Assembly: GCA_049325335.1 (NCBI GenBank)
Contig: JBMOMC010000007.1
Coordinates: 362,398 to 426,397 of the forward strand
Direction of reading: 5' to 3'
Length of the DNA: 64,000 nt
Origin: Nitrospirota bacterium
GTDB taxonomy: Bacteria > Nitrospirota > Nitrospiria > 2-01-FULL-66-17
In this document: one piece after another, positions 48,604-60,000 of the stretch
How positions within the stretch are numbered: the first letter of the stretch is position 1
Layout of the letters: each line of letters starts with the position of its first letter
Notes under the pieces: model-generated
What the model was told of the DNA's origin: nothing
Seen by the model: the letters and a program-made list of their open reading frames with translations, nothing else
The model's database searches: none
Position numbers and translations under genes: made by a program

Positions 48604-50160
48604 TCAGATCAACCCCACGCGGGGCTCGGCCCCGCCGGGCCTCCCGGCTCGCCCCGCCAGTTTATTCAGCGCGCTCAGGTACGCCCGCACCGAGGCCAGA
48701 ATGATGTCGGTGTCCGCGCCGTGCCCGGTGACGGACCGGCCGTCTTCCTCCACCGTCACGGTCACTTCCCCGAGCGCGTCGGTTCCCCCGGTGATGCCCT
48801 TGACCACGTAGGATGTCAACCGACTCTTGGTTTCGGTCAACGACGCAATGGTCCGGTACGCGGCATCCACTGGGCCATCTCCGTTCCCCACGGACCGAAC
48901 CGTGCGATCCCCCACCGTCAGTTCGACCGTGGCGGTCGGCGTCATCCCGGTGCCGCTCTCCACGTGTAACGAGACCAGTCGAAACGTTTCCACCGGACGA
49001 TCCATCTCCTCGGAGACAATGGTTTCGAGGTCTTCTTCGAAGATCTCCTTCTTGGTATCCGCGAGTCGCTTGAGGCGTTCGAACGCCTGCTCCAATTCCG
49101 CCTCGTTGGGCCGGTACCCGAGTTCCTCCAGTTTGGTTTTAAAGGCATGCCGCCCGGAGTGTTTCCCCAGCACGAGGTGGGTCTTGCCCACGCCCACGGA
49201 CTCGGGTCGCATGATCTCGTACGTCATCTTCTCTTTGAGCAATCCATCTTGATGAATGCCGGATTCGTGCGCGAACGCATTGGCGCCCACGATCGCCTTG
49301 TTGGGCTGCACCGCCATGCCGGTGATCTTGCTCACCAACCGACTGGCCTTGGTGATCTCCTCGGTCACGATCCGCGTGTCGGCGCCGAACGAATCCTTGC
49401 GGGTGCGAAGGGCCATGACCACCTCTTCCAACGCCGCGTTCCCCGCGCGTTCGCCGATGCCGTTGATCGTGCATTCGATTTGGCCTGCGCCCTCCATCAC
49501 CGCGGTCAACGAGTTCGCCGTGGACAACCCCAGATCGTTGTGACAGTGAACCGACAATACCGCCTGCCCCATATTGGGCACGCGTCGTCGGATCGTCCGG
49601 AGCGTCTCCGCGAATTCCTGCGGGGTCGCGTACCCCACCGTGTCCGCGATGTTCACGGTGCGGGCCCCGGCCGCGATCACGGCTTCCAGTACCTCGCACA
49701 AGTAGCCGAGGTCGGACCGCGTGGCGTCCATGGGCGAAAATTCCACGTCCTCGACGTACCCACGCGCGCGTTGCACCATGTCGACCGCGCGCGTGAGGGC
49801 TTCCGCGCGGGTGAGGCGAAATTGATGTTTCAAATGGATATCGGACGTGGAAATGAACGTGTGGATGCGGACCCGTTCCCCGCCCTTGAGCGCTTCCCAC
49901 GCGCGGTCCACGTCCCCTGGTTTTGCGCGCGCCAGGCTGCAGATGATCGGCCCTTCCACCTCGTGCGCGATCCGGCGCACGGATTCGAAATCCCCCGGCG
50001 AACTGAACGCGAATCCCGCCTCAATCACGTCCACGCCCAGCCGCGCGAGTTGGCGCGCGATCGAGAGTTTTTCCTCAACCGTCATGCTCGCGCCGGGCGA
50101 TTGTTCGCCGTCGCGCAATGTGGTGTCAAAAACGGTAATGGTTCGTGTCATGGTCGTCAT
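48604..50160 (-). CDS. leuA: 2-isopropylmalate synthase
   Basis: DTTLRDGEQ, HCHNDLG, GIGERAGN, HESGIHQDG, GDGPVDA. Confidence 0.96.
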   Translation of the reverse strand: MTTMTRTITVFDTTLRDGEQSPGASMTVEEKLSIARQLARLGVDVIEAGFAFSSPGDFESVRRIAHEVEGPIICSLARAKPGDVDRAWEALKGGERVRIHTFISTSDIHLKHQFRLTRAEALTRAVDMVQRARGYVEDVEFSPMDATRSDLGYLCEVLEAVIAAGARTVNIADTVGYATPQEFAETLRTIRRRVPNMGQAVLSVHCHNDLGLSTANSLTAVMEGAGQIECTINGIGERAGNAALEEVVMALRTRKDSFGADTRIVTEEITKASRLVSKITGMAVQPNKAIVGANAFAHESGIHQDGLLKEKMTYEIMRPESVGVGKTHLVLGKHSGRHAFKTKLEELGYRPNEAELEQAFERLKRLADTKKEIFEEDLETIVSEEMDRPVETFRLVSLHVESGTGMTPTATVELTVGDRTVRSVGNGDGPVDAAYRTIASLTETKSRLTSYVVKGITGGTDALGEVTVTVEEDGRSVTGHGADTDIILASVRAYLSALNKLAGRAGRPGGAEPRVGLI

Positions 50161-50196
50161 CGGCCGCGGGGGCGGCGGTATCTGCGCGTATGGACG

Positions 50197-50973
50197 TTAC
50201 GTTCCGAGCCGTTGGTCCCGAGCCGGCTCCGCATCGGGTTGACGCCCCGCCGGGAACCACCGGCGTTGAATCGCCCGCACCGGTCCCATCACCACGCCGG
50301 AGGCCGCGTAGAGCCCGAACAGGGCGAACAACATCACTTGGGGCGCGGCGGTGACGATCATCACCACCAACACCGACGCGACCAACGCCTGAAACGGCCT
50401 CGGGTTCCGAAGCTCCAATCCCTTAAAGCTCGAATACCGGATATTGCTCACCATCAAAAAGGCCAACACGTACGTCATCACCACGATCAACAGCGGTTTC
50501 ATCTCCGCGCCCAACCGCAGGATGTGGTCGTCGAACAACACGGTCGAGGCCAACACGCCCGCTGCTGCGGGGATCGGCAACCCGACGAAATACCGGCTGT
50601 CCACGCTGCCGACCTGCACGTTAAATCGCGCCAAACGCAGCGCGCCGCAGGCGACGAACAGGAACGCGGCGACCCAGCCGATGCGTCCGTAGTTGGTCAA
50701 CGCCCACGAGTAAATCAGTATCCCGGGCGCGACGCCGAACGACACCAGGTCGGCCAACGAATCGTATTCCACGCCGAACTTGCTCGTGGTCTTGGTCATC
50801 CGGGCGACGCGGCCGTCGAGGCTGTCGAAAATCGTGGCCACAAGGATCGCGATCGCCGCGGACACATAGTCGGAGTTAAACACCGACACCACGGCGTAGA
50901 ACCCACTCAATAAGTTGCCGGTGGTGAACAGATTCGGCAGCAAGTACACGCCGCGCCGCGCACGGCTCGTCAC
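50197..50973 (-). CDS. pssA: CDP-diacylglycerol--serine O-phosphatidyltransferase
   Basis: LLPNLFT, DSLDGRVAR, DSLADLVSFGVAP, RLARFN. Confidence 0.93.
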   Translation of the reverse strand: MTSRARRGVYLLPNLFTTGNLLSGFYAVVSVFNSDYVSAAIAILVATIFDSLDGRVARMTKTTSKFGVEYDSLADLVSFGVAPGILIYSWALTNYGRIGWVAAFLFVACGALRLARFNVQVGSVDSRYFVGLPIPAAAGVLASTVLFDDHILRLGAEMKPLLIVVMTYVLAFLMVSNIRYSSFKGLELRNPRPFQALVASVLVVMIVTAAPQVMLFALFGLYAASGVVMGPVRAIQRRWFPAGRQPDAEPARDQRLGT

Positions 50974-51626
50974 GGCCACACCCCCAGCACGCTGCTCGCC
51001 CCGGCCACACGGTCGCCGGCTTTCACGGTCACGCGCACGTTCAACGGCAGGTACACGTCCATCCGAGATCCGAACCGGATCAACCCGTATCGTCGGCCTC
51101 GTTCCACCTGGTCCCCCTCCCGCACCCACGTGACGATTCGCCGCGCCACCAGGCCAGCGATCTGCACGAACATCACGCGACGCCCCTCGGACGTTTCCAA
51201 CACCAAGGCGTGCTGCTCGTTGTCCAGCGACGCCTTCTCTTTGAAAGCCGAAAAAAACTTGCCGGGATAATAATGCCGCCCGACGATCCGTCCGTCGCAG
51301 GGAATCCGATTCACGTGCACGTCGGTCAGGCCCATGAAAATGCTGACCCGCTGCACGTCGTCCTTGAGCACCCGTGACTCAAAAAGTCGCTCGACGGAGA
51401 GCACCCGGCCGTCCGCGGGCGAGACGATCGCGCGGGGATCGTCGGGCACGGTCCGGCGAGGATTCCGAAAAAACCAGACCGTAAAGAGGGCGACGGCCGC
51501 GCACAGCGCCGTGACCACGCCCCACCCGGCCCACCAGGCCGCGCCCGCCAACACCATCGGCGCGAACGCAAACGGGAGTCCCTCCATGACGATCGGGGAC
51601 TCTTGCCACGATTCGGATGGACTCAA
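50970..51626 (-). CDS. psd: Phosphatidylserine decarboxylase proenzyme
   Basis: FFRNP.R, SPADG, VHVNR.P, AGLVARRI, RFGSR cleavage motif. Confidence 0.93.
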   Translation of the reverse strand: MSPSESWQESPIVMEGLPFAFAPMVLAGAAWWAGWGVVTALCAAVALFTVWFFRNPRRTVPDDPRAIVSPADGRVLSVERLFESRVLKDDVQRVSIFMGLTDVHVNRIPCDGRIVGRHYYPGKFFSAFKEKASLDNEQHALVLETSEGRRVMFVQIAGLVARRIVTWVREGDQVERGRRYGLIRFGSRMDVYLPLNVRVTVKAGDRVAGASSVLGVWP

Positions 51627-51628
51627 AT

Positions 51629-52651
51629 TTAGTTTTTGTCCTTATCGACCAGTCGGCTCTGCTTCAACCAAGGCATCATGGCCCGCAGACGTCCGCCGAC
51701 TTCTTCGATGGGATGGGATTCCCCTCGGCGCAGCAACGCGGTGAACTCGGGACGACCGGCGCGGTTCTCTAAAATCCACTCCTTGGCGAACCGCCCACCT
51801 TGGATCTCGCCGAGGATCCGCTTCATCTCGGCGCGGGTCTCGTCGGTGACGATGCGGGGACCGCGCGTGACGTCCCCGTATTTGGCCGTATTGCTAATCG
51901 AGTACCGCATGTTCGAAATGCCGCCCTCGTAGATTAAATCCACGATCAGTTTGACTTCGTGCAGGCATTCAAAATACGCCATCTCGGGCGAGTACCCGGC
52001 ATCCACCAACGTCTCGTACCCGGCCTGAATGAGCGCGGTGAGCCCGCCGCACAGCACCACCTGTTCACCGAATAGATCGGTTTCGCACTCTTCGCGAAAC
52101 GAGGTCTCGATCACACCGGCCTTGCTGCCGCCAATGGCTTTGGCGTAGGCTAAACCCACCCGTCGCGTGAGCCCCGACGGATCTTGGTGTACGGCCAGGA
52201 GCGACGGCACCCCGCTGCCCTTTGCGTATTCGGACCGCACGAGGTGCCCGGGACCCTTGGGGGCCACCATGAACACGTTCATGTCGGGACGCGGCACGAT
52301 CTGCCCGAAGTGGATGTTGAACCCGTGCGCGAACGCCAGGTAGCCGCCGGATTTCATGTTCGGCGCGATCTCGCGGTGATACAGGTCGGCCTGCAGTTCA
52401 TCGGGCGCGAGGATCATCACCACGTCGCATCGTTTGGCCGCGTCCGCCACCGGCATGACCTTCAACCCCGCGCGTTCCGCCTTGTCCCAGGAGGGACCGG
52501 GCCGGACCGCGACGATCACGTCGATCCCGCTGTCCTTTAAATTGTTGGCGTGGGCGTGGCCTTGGCTTCCATAGCCCACGATGCCGACCGTCTTGCCCCT
52601 AAGATCGGCCAGGTCCGCGTCCTGTTCGTAATAAATTTTCAACGGTGTCAT
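51629..52651 (-). CDS. ilvC: Ketol-acid reductoisomerase
   Basis: [33 protein letters not shown]. Confidence 0.97.
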   Translation of the reverse strand: MTPLKIYYEQDADLADLRGKTVGIVGYGSQGHAHANNLKDSGIDVIVAVRPGPSWDKAERAGLKVMPVADAAKRCDVVMILAPDELQADLYHREIAPNMKSGGYLAFAHGFNIHFGQIVPRPDMNVFMVAPKGPGHLVRSEYAKGSGVPSLLAVHQDPSGLTRRVGLAYAKAIGGSKAGVIETSFREECETDLFGEQVVLCGGLTALIQAGYETLVDAGYSPEMAYFECLHEVKLIVDLIYEGGISNMRYSISNTAKYGDVTRGPRIVTDETRAEMKRILGEIQGGRFAKEWILENRAGRPEFTALLRRGESHPIEEVGGRLRAMMPWLKQSRLVDKDKN

Positions 52652-52699
52652 GCTATCCCCCCGCTTACCAGACTCGCCCGCCGGCTCGGCGAGCGTCCG

Positions 52700-53227
52700 T
52701 CATTTTGACTCGACCATTTGCGGCCGCCTCCGCGTCTCCGTGACGGCCCGCACTTCATCCCGCATGATCGCGATCCGTCCCGATCGAACCAACTCCTTGA
52801 TGCCCAATGGACGGAGTTGGTTCACGAACGCCTCCACCTTGTCGCGCGCGCCGGTGATTTCAACCGTGTAGGTCGCGGGCGTGGAATCCACGATCTTCGC
52901 GCGGAAAATTTCGATGATACGAAACACCTCCGCGCGATCCTCGGGCCGGGTATGAATCTTCACCAGCACGGTTTCCCGTTCCAAGTAGCTGTGCTCCGTG
53001 AGGTCCACCACCTTGATGGTGTCGATCAACTTGTTCAACTGTTTGGTAATCTGCTCGATGATCCGATCGTCCCCGGTGGTGACGATGGTAATCATGGACA
53101 TGGTCGGGTCCGTGGTCGGCCCCACCGACAAACTCTCGATATTGAATCCGCGCGCGGAAAACAGCCCCGCCACGCGGGCCAACACGCCGAATTTATTCTC
53201 CACCAACAACGAAAGAATGTGTTCCAT
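52700..53227 (-). CDS. ilvN: Acetolactate synthase small (regulatory) subunit
   Basis: VENKFGVLARVAGLFSARGFNIESL ACT domain. Confidence 0.95.
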   Translation of the reverse strand: MEHILSLLVENKFGVLARVAGLFSARGFNIESLSVGPTTDPTMSMITIVTTGDDRIIEQITKQLNKLIDTIKVVDLTEHSYLERETVLVKIHTRPEDRAEVFRIIEIFRAKIVDSTPATYTVEITGARDKVEAFVNQLRPLGIKELVRSGRIAIMRDEVRAVTETRRRPQMVESK

Positions 53228-53245
53228 GTCGCGGCGTGCCCCCGT

Positions 53246-55009
53246 CTACGCGAGAGAAATGGATTCTTTTTGCGCCTCTTGCGCGGCGGGCGTTTGCCGC
53301 ATCGCGTCGGTGGGCGGGTCTTCGTACACCATTTGATTGATGGCCCCGCCGGCCGGCACCATGGGATAGCAGTTCTCGTACGGATCCACCTGAAAGTCCA
53401 TGATCACGAGTTTGTTCGAGGAAAAAGCTTCGTCGAGCACTTCGTCCACTTCATGCGGCTCCGTGGCGCGAAGCCCGATGGCGCCATACGCTTGGGCCAA
53501 TTTGACGTAGTCCGGACCACCCTGCAAGCGGCTCGCGGAGTAATGGCCTTGGTAGAACAGTTGTTGCCACTGCCGCACCATCCCGTGATAGCCGTTATTC
53601 AAAATGGCGACCTTGACGGGCAGGTCGTAGACCATCGCCGTGGCCAGCTCTTGGAGATTCATCTGAAAGCTCCCGTCGCCGGTGATACAGACCACGCGTT
53701 TTCCGGGAAACGCGCGTTGCGCGCCCAGCGCGGCCGGGAACCCGTAGCCCATGGTGCCGAGCCCGCCGGAGTTGAGCCACGTCCTCGGTTTGGTGAACTT
53801 ATAGAACTGCGCGGTCCACATCTGGTGTTGGCCCACGTCCGACGTAATGATCGCTTCGCCGCGCGTGCGCCGGTATATCATGTCGATCACGAACTGCGGC
53901 TTGATCACTTTCGGATCAGGCTTGTACGCGAGCGGCCGCTCGCTCTGCCACGCCGCGATCTGCTGCAACCACGGCGTCTTGCCCTCTCGCTTCTTGCCCC
54001 CGACGATCTCGGTCGCCTGCGCCAACAGATCGCGCAGCACGGGTTTGGCGTCGCCGACGATCGGAATATCCACGTGGATATTTTTGCGGATCGAGGCCGG
54101 GTCCACGTCAACGTGGATAATTTTGGCTTTCGGCACGAATTCGCTGATTTTCCCGGTCACCCGATCGTCGAACCGCGACCCCACGGCAACCAACAAATCG
54201 CAGTTGTGCACCGCCATGTTCGTGGCGTGTGAGCCGTGCATCCCCAGCATGCCGAGCGAGAGGGGGTGCGTACCGGGAAACGCGCCCAGGCCCATGAGCG
54301 TCATAGTTACGGGAATGTTCAGCAGCTCGGCCAGGGCAATCAGTTCCTCGCTCGCGTCGGAGTTGATCACGCCGCCGCCCACATAGAGGATCGGACGTTC
54401 CGCGCGGACCATGGCATCGGCCGCTTGCTTGACCTGCCACTTATTGCCTTCATACGTCGGGTTGTACCCGCGGATATACACCTTGTCCGGATACTGGAAG
54501 TCAAACGACGCCATGGTGACGTCCTTCGGAATATCGACCAGCACCGGCCCCGGCCGACCGCTCCCCGCCAGGTAGAATGCTTCTTTAATGGTCGGCGCCA
54601 ACTCGGAGACATCCTTCACCAGATAGTTGTGTTTGGTGCACGACCGGCTGATGCCGACAATATCCGCCTCTTGGAACGCGTCATTCCCGATCAACGACGT
54701 GACCACCTGCCCCGTGAACAACACGATCGGACAGGAGTCGAGATTCGCGTTGACGAGCCCCGTGATGGTATTGGTGGCCCCGGGCCCCGAGGTCACCAAG
54801 GCAACCCCCACCTTGCCGGTCGCGCGCGCATAGGCTTCGGCCATGTGCACGGCCGCTTGCTCGTGGCGCACCAGGACAAAGTCCAAATCCTTGTCCTGAT
54901 ACAACACGTCAAAAATCTTCAGCACCACCCCCCCGGGTAGTCCGAAGAGGGTCTTTACGCCTTCGCGTTTGAGCGATTCAACGAATATCTCAGCCCCTGT
55001 CAGCTTCAT
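53246..55009 (-). CDS. ilvB: Acetolactate synthase large subunit
   Basis: RHEQ, TSGPGATN, RFDDRV, GQHQMW, GDGSFQMN, GMVRQWQ. Confidence 0.96.
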   Translation of the reverse strand: MKLTGAEIFVESLKREGVKTLFGLPGGVVLKIFDVLYQDKDLDFVLVRHEQAAVHMAEAYARATGKVGVALVTSGPGATNTITGLVNANLDSCPIVLFTGQVVTSLIGNDAFQEADIVGISRSCTKHNYLVKDVSELAPTIKEAFYLAGSGRPGPVLVDIPKDVTMASFDFQYPDKVYIRGYNPTYEGNKWQVKQAADAMVRAERPILYVGGGVINSDASEELIALAELLNIPVTMTLMGLGAFPGTHPLSLGMLGMHGSHATNMAVHNCDLLVAVGSRFDDRVTGKISEFVPKAKIIHVDVDPASIRKNIHVDIPIVGDAKPVLRDLLAQATEIVGGKKREGKTPWLQQIAAWQSERPLAYKPDPKVIKPQFVIDMIYRRTRGEAIITSDVGQHQMWTAQFYKFTKPRTWLNSGGLGTMGYGFPAALGAQRAFPGKRVVCITGDGSFQMNLQELATAMVYDLPVKVAILNNGYHGMVRQWQQLFYQGHYSASRLQGGPDYVKLAQAYGAIGLRATEPHEVDEVLDEAFSSNKLVIMDFQVDPYENCYPMVPAGGAINQMVYEDPPTDAMRQTPAAQEAQKESISLA

Positions 55010-55182
55010 CCGGCCATCCCCATTCGTGAAAAGACGATCCAGCGTGCGCACGATCGTTGTGAGGCGAACGAAAAGAGTACGAACTAATTGAGAATAAATA
55101 AAATTTGGTCAACCTTACCACGGGAAAAATCCGGAAGTCAACTCAGGCTCAGGAGCCGTTGATCCGGATTGTGCGGCGGAAT

Positions 55183-56103
55183 CTACTGCGGGAAAACGCC
55201 GGATACGAGCGGATCGAGCCGATCGCCAATCACGATGGGCTCGCTGCTGCGCGTAATAAACGCCGACGAAGAGGTCGGCAACGTCGACATGACTCGCAAG
55301 ACGCCGATGGCCCGATCCGGGAATCCGCGGCGGTCCTTCCCGCCTTCCCGAACGATCGTAAACTCATCCCCCGGTTTCACGCCCCGGTTCGAGCCAAGAT
55401 CGGTAAAGACCACTTGAGAAGTCGCCGTCAGCACCAAATCGTCTTGAACCGCCACGACACGACCGGCCGTGTCGCCGGATGCGTCGGTGGATACGTCGGT
55501 GTTCGCTTCGTGCATGGGAAGCACGACATCGTCAATCGACACATAGTCGCTGGAGGACACAATACGCGCGCTCCAGTACCGGCCGAAAGGCTGCTCCAAT
55601 TCCACCGTTCCCACCACGTGGACCAGATACCCCATATTGCGCCCGGAATCCGGGTGTTCCACGAACTGCGCGCGCCGCGCAAGGGCATACCGTTGATGCG
55701 GCTGAGCCTGTTCCACGCGATCGAGTTTCAGCGTGACCACATCATTCACCGACAACAACACCCGGCCAGCCGGCTGCCCCACCACCTCGCCGATGGACTG
55801 CACCCGCGGCCGAATCCCGTCCGGTGGCGTACGACCCGTGCTCCCCGCCGCACCCGCTGCGTCGTTCGAGGAAGCCGGGGGCGGTTCAACCGCGAGCTCC
55901 ATGGAGGACATGTCGGCGGACACTCCGTTCTGCCCGCCGGATTCGCCCTGATTGTCGGCGTCAGCAACGGGAGACGATTCACCCGCCGGTTCATCCGGCG
56001 GAGGCATCGTGTTCGCGGACGGACTCCCGACCATCACGGCCGCCCAGAACACCGCCGCGACACCCGCGACCACACCCTTGACATGCGAATTCTGGTCAGA
56101 CAT
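55183..56103 (-). CDS. Exported protein resembling the TsaP/FlgT C-terminal beta domains, with no LysM
   Basis: Hydrophobic N-terminus, acidic/Pro linker, HPDSG..GY, DLG...GVKPGD.F...R, IG.L.V, I.IGD. Confidence 0.6.
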   Translation of the reverse strand: MSDQNSHVKGVVAGVAAVFWAAVMVGSPSANTMPPPDEPAGESSPVADADNQGESGGQNGVSADMSSMELAVEPPPASSNDAAGAAGSTGRTPPDGIRPRVQSIGEVVGQPAGRVLLSVNDVVTLKLDRVEQAQPHQRYALARRAQFVEHPDSGRNMGYLVHVVGTVELEQPFGRYWSARIVSSSDYVSIDDVVLPMHEANTDVSTDASGDTAGRVVAVQDDLVLTATSQVVFTDLGSNRGVKPGDEFTIVREGGKDRRGFPDRAIGVLRVMSTLPTSSSAFITRSSEPIVIGDRLDPLVSGVFPQ

Positions 56104-56219
56104 CAGGCGACTCCCTCGGGCTGAACATCGACCACCTTAGCAGAAGCACGTCCGGTGTCAAGAACCGGCATACTTTTAGAGAGATCGGACCCTCGGGAGC
56201 AGGTAATCAGGTAACACGG

Positions 56220-56306
56220 TGGTGCCGAAGGGGGGATTTGAACCCCCACGGGCGTACGCCCACTAGACCCTGAACCTAGCGTGTCTGCCAGTTCCACCAC
56301 TTCGGC
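56220..56306 (-). tRNA. tRNA-Leu (anticodon CAG), long variable arm, CCA encoded
   Basis: GCCGAAG acceptor, CTAGG-TTCAGGG-TCTAG anticodon arm, GGGCGTACGCCC variable arm, GGTTCAAATCC. Confidence 0.96.
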
Positions 56307-56394
56307 CCGCGCGGATCGTAGCAAATGGGAAGAAAACCTGTCAATTCTTCGATCCGACCCGCCGCGGCGACCGCCTGAGACGGGAGCGAATCGA

Positions 56395-56883
56395 CTACGA
56401 AATGACGTTGAGCGAACCAGGCGCCTGAAACTCGAGGCCTTCAACGACGTTGAGGTGTTCCGTCACGATTGACGTAAACAATGTGATCTGTTCATCGCGA
56501 CTGGTCACCGTGAGCGCGTCGGTCGGCTGTTCCTTGGCGAGCCACGGTCCCTTGTCGTTCCACGTGAGCTCCGCGTACCCCTTGGCCTTGAGGCCGTCGC
56601 GCATCGTCTGCCAGTCTCCGTCCACAAGAATCTGAAAACGGGTTCGCAGGAACGTGGCGGACCCGAACGAAATCCCATACCAGCATCTGTGCTCTTTGAA
56701 CTTAAAATGCCAGCCGCGAAAGTGTTTATAGTCCTGACTTCGCAAGATCGAGATCTTAAAGTCAATCGCGAGATTCGTGAAAATCTGGCTCAACAGGCGA
56801 GACAAATTCACGGACAAGCGCTCATACCGCTTCACCAACTCCAGGTCATCACCCACAAACGGGACAAACGGTTCCATCGCCAT
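56395..56883 (-). CDS. Hypothetical protein of lower GC
   Basis: AAGGAG RBS before ATG 56883; 162-aa ORF; no motif recognised. Confidence 0.5.
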   Translation of the reverse strand: MAMEPFVPFVGDDLELVKRYERLSVNLSRLLSQIFTNLAIDFKISILRSQDYKHFRGWHFKFKEHRCWYGISFGSATFLRTRFQILVDGDWQTMRDGLKAKGYAELTWNDKGPWLAKEQPTDALTVTSRDEQITLFTSIVTEHLNVVEGLEFQAPGSLNVIS

Positions 56884-57026
56884 ACCGAGACTCCTTATGA
56901 TGTGAATCAGCGCCCGAAGGGTTTCGACTGTATCACAGCGGCCCACATCACACAAGCGGACCAAGCCACAGTGACAATTACCGCGGCAACAACGGGATGG
57001 GGGTGACGGAGAGCATGATCACCGCG

Positions 57027-60000
57027 CTAGCGGGGGTGGGAACGTGGCGGCAGGACGCGGAGGGTGTCGTGGCCGAGGACCAGGCCGTTGCCCAGCAGGG
57101 TGGCGGTCACGGTGGTCGCCTGCGTGATCCGGAGATTGCCCTGGGCGTCGGTGAAGCCCGCGACGATGGCGCTGCGGGCAAATTTGAGTGTCAGTTCGTA
57201 TTCGTCCGCGGTGCCGCAGCGGTCGTCGTCCTCGGCCTCCACCCGATCGTCCCCCGGATAGTTCTCGTTCGGGATGGTAAAGACCACGGTCTGGCCCAGA
57301 GCGTCCACGTACTGGATGGTCAACGCGAACGTGGCGGTCACTGTGACCCCGTCCGCCGCGGTGAGCGGCGCAAAGGAGGACAGCACGCGCGATGCCAACT
57401 CCACGGTCACGGACTTGGAGCCGCCGTGGCTCTTGAGGTTGAGGGTCTCTGGGTGCACGTCCACGTCCAACGGCGGGGTGATGAACACGAACACGCGATC
57501 CTCCGGGCTCGGCACGGTGCCGTCGTGCACGATCAAGCCCAGCTCATACGTACCCGGCATATCCGGCACGAACGCGGGCGTCGGGGACGTGGCGTTAGCC
57601 AATGAAGCGGTCGTCACCTGGCTGCCCGTGGGCACGGTCACGATTCGCCACGCATACGTCAGAGTATCCCCGTTGGGATCACTGCTGGCAGTCCCATCGA
57701 GCGCCATGGATTGCCCCACATAACCGACCTGATCCGGACCGGCATTGGCCACCGGCGCGCTGTTGGGGCTAGGCGTGATGGTCAGGCCCGCGCTGCCCAA
57801 GGCTTGCGTCACGCCCGCGGTGGTGCCGCGCAGCACCAGCAGGTACGCCTTGGGCGGCAGGCCCACGCTGTCGAAGGCGACCACGGTCTGATACACCTCG
57901 CGGCCGTTGAGCGAGGCCTCGCCCGGTAGCGTGCGCACGGCTTGTTCAGTGTCGGGGTCTACCACCAGCACATCGACCTGGATCAACGGCAGGTCGATCT
58001 CGTTGCCGATGTTCTGGACCGTGTAGGTGATCGTCGTGTGCTCGGTCTCCACGATGCTGCGCGGCGTGACGTCAATGGTGCCCGCGAGGGCCGCGGCCTG
58101 GGCCGCGCTCGAGAGGATCTCGAACGCGCTCTGGCTCGCGGCCGACAGGCCGTCCGCGCTCTGCACGCTCACCGACGCGCTGTACAGCCCCGCGATCTGC
58201 ACCGCCGTGTCCCAGAAACTCTTCAGCTCAATGCGGGCCCCTGGTAACAGATCCGGTAGGGACCGCGTCTCCGACAACACGACCACGCTGCTGGGATCGG
58301 TCACGGTGATGACGGCGGTCACGCCGGTCAGCACGTGGTTGGGGCTTTGACTGGTCACGGTGGTCGTCAGGGTCACGGTCTCGTGCGACGAGTACGCCTG
58401 CTTGTCCGCGACCAGCCGCGTCTCCGCCTGCACGACTGGAACGATGGTAAAGGCACTCGCGGCCTCGGCCACCACCGCGCCCGCCTCGCGTGCGCGCGCC
58501 AGGACCCGGTAGGGGCCCGCAAACGTGGTGCCCGTATTGAACGCGAGGTCCGTGATCACCCGCGTCTCGTGGTCGGCCAGCACAAGGCCCGACCGCGTCG
58601 CGACCGTCTGCACCACGACGCCGGCCGTATCTTCGATCACCACGTCCAGCTCCACGGTGCGCGCGGGGCCGGAGTTGTACAGGGTCGCGGCAATGGACAC
58701 GGCCGCATTCGCGCTGCCGGACGGTTGATCCGTACTGACCACTGCGGCCAACCCGCTGGGCAAGACCGTCACATTCGCGGTCGCGCGGTTGTTGGCCTCA
58801 TCACTCTCCGGAATCGTGGCGCCGGGATCAGCGAGAGCGACGAGGTGGTGGCTGCCCGATCGGCCCAGTGTGTCGACCGACCAGGTCACGGGGGTGGTCT
58901 GTCCATGGCCGAGGATGGTCGGGATGGTCTGGGTGCCGAGGCTGATGCCGCCCGTGTTGGGATCGCCAAGGAACAGCGCGACCTGCGCCCCTCCCACGTC
59001 CGTGCCCCGGTTCATGACCTGCGCGGTCACGGTCAGGGGCTGCCCTTCCGGGATCGTGGCCGACGACACGGTGACCTGCGTGATGGTCAGGTCCGGCTGA
59101 GCCGGCGTGGTCATGCTGACGACCGTGAGCGCGGTGTGGTTGGTCCGCGTGGCGTCGCTGATCACCCCGTCGGGGTCCACCTGCGCATAGAGGTAATTGG
59201 TCCCCGTCGCGCCCAGGCTGTCCCACGTGAAATCGACGACGCCGGTCGCACCCGCGGCAATAGCCGGCAGGGCCATGCGGCCCAGCTCGATCCCGCCTTG
59301 GGTGGGATCGCCCAACGTGAGACGGACGGTGGTCCCGGCGGCATCCGCCCCGCCCACGTTGTGCACGGTCACGCGCACCGGAATGAACCGGCCCTCGGTC
59401 AACGGACCGAGCGCCTGCACATCTCCGTTGGTCACGGCGAGGTCGGGCAGGATCGGGGCGATGGTCGTGGTCAGGCTGGCCCGATTGTCCGCGAGATCGC
59501 AGTCCATCCGCGTGGCCGCCGGATCGATGAGGGCCACGATCGTATGACTCCCCGTGGTGGCGCCGGTCCAGGTAAAGACCATGTCTTGGAACTCGCCCGG
59601 CGCGAGGGCGCGGGTGGTCTGGCCGGTCCCGAGGAGGACGCCGCCCGCCGCGGGATCGCCGTCGTAGAAGGCCACCGGCGCACCCGACGCCGCCGCGATC
59701 GCCCCGCCGTTGCCCACGCGCACGGTGAGCGTCACTCCCGCACTGGTCTGGACGGCGCGCAGGTACGAGGCGGTCAGGTTTGCGGCCAGATAAGGATTGG
59801 TCGGGCTCCCCACCGGCGCTTGCACGCGATAGCTGTTGTTGGTCAGCCAGCTCGGGGCTTCGTACCGCGGGATCGTGCCGTCGTCGTTGACGTCGGTGAC
59901 GTGATAGCTGGGCTGGTGCCAGATGCGTCGGGCATTGACCCAGTCGTGGGTCGCGGAGCCGTAGACGCGGAGGCCGTCGCCCTGGCCGGCTCCCGGGGCC

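Noticed and set aside
55026..55110. Possible ilvB attenuator (ACGATC...GATCGT-CTTTTC hairpin)
   Set aside because: Weak stem, and no Leu/Ile/Val-rich leader peptide found
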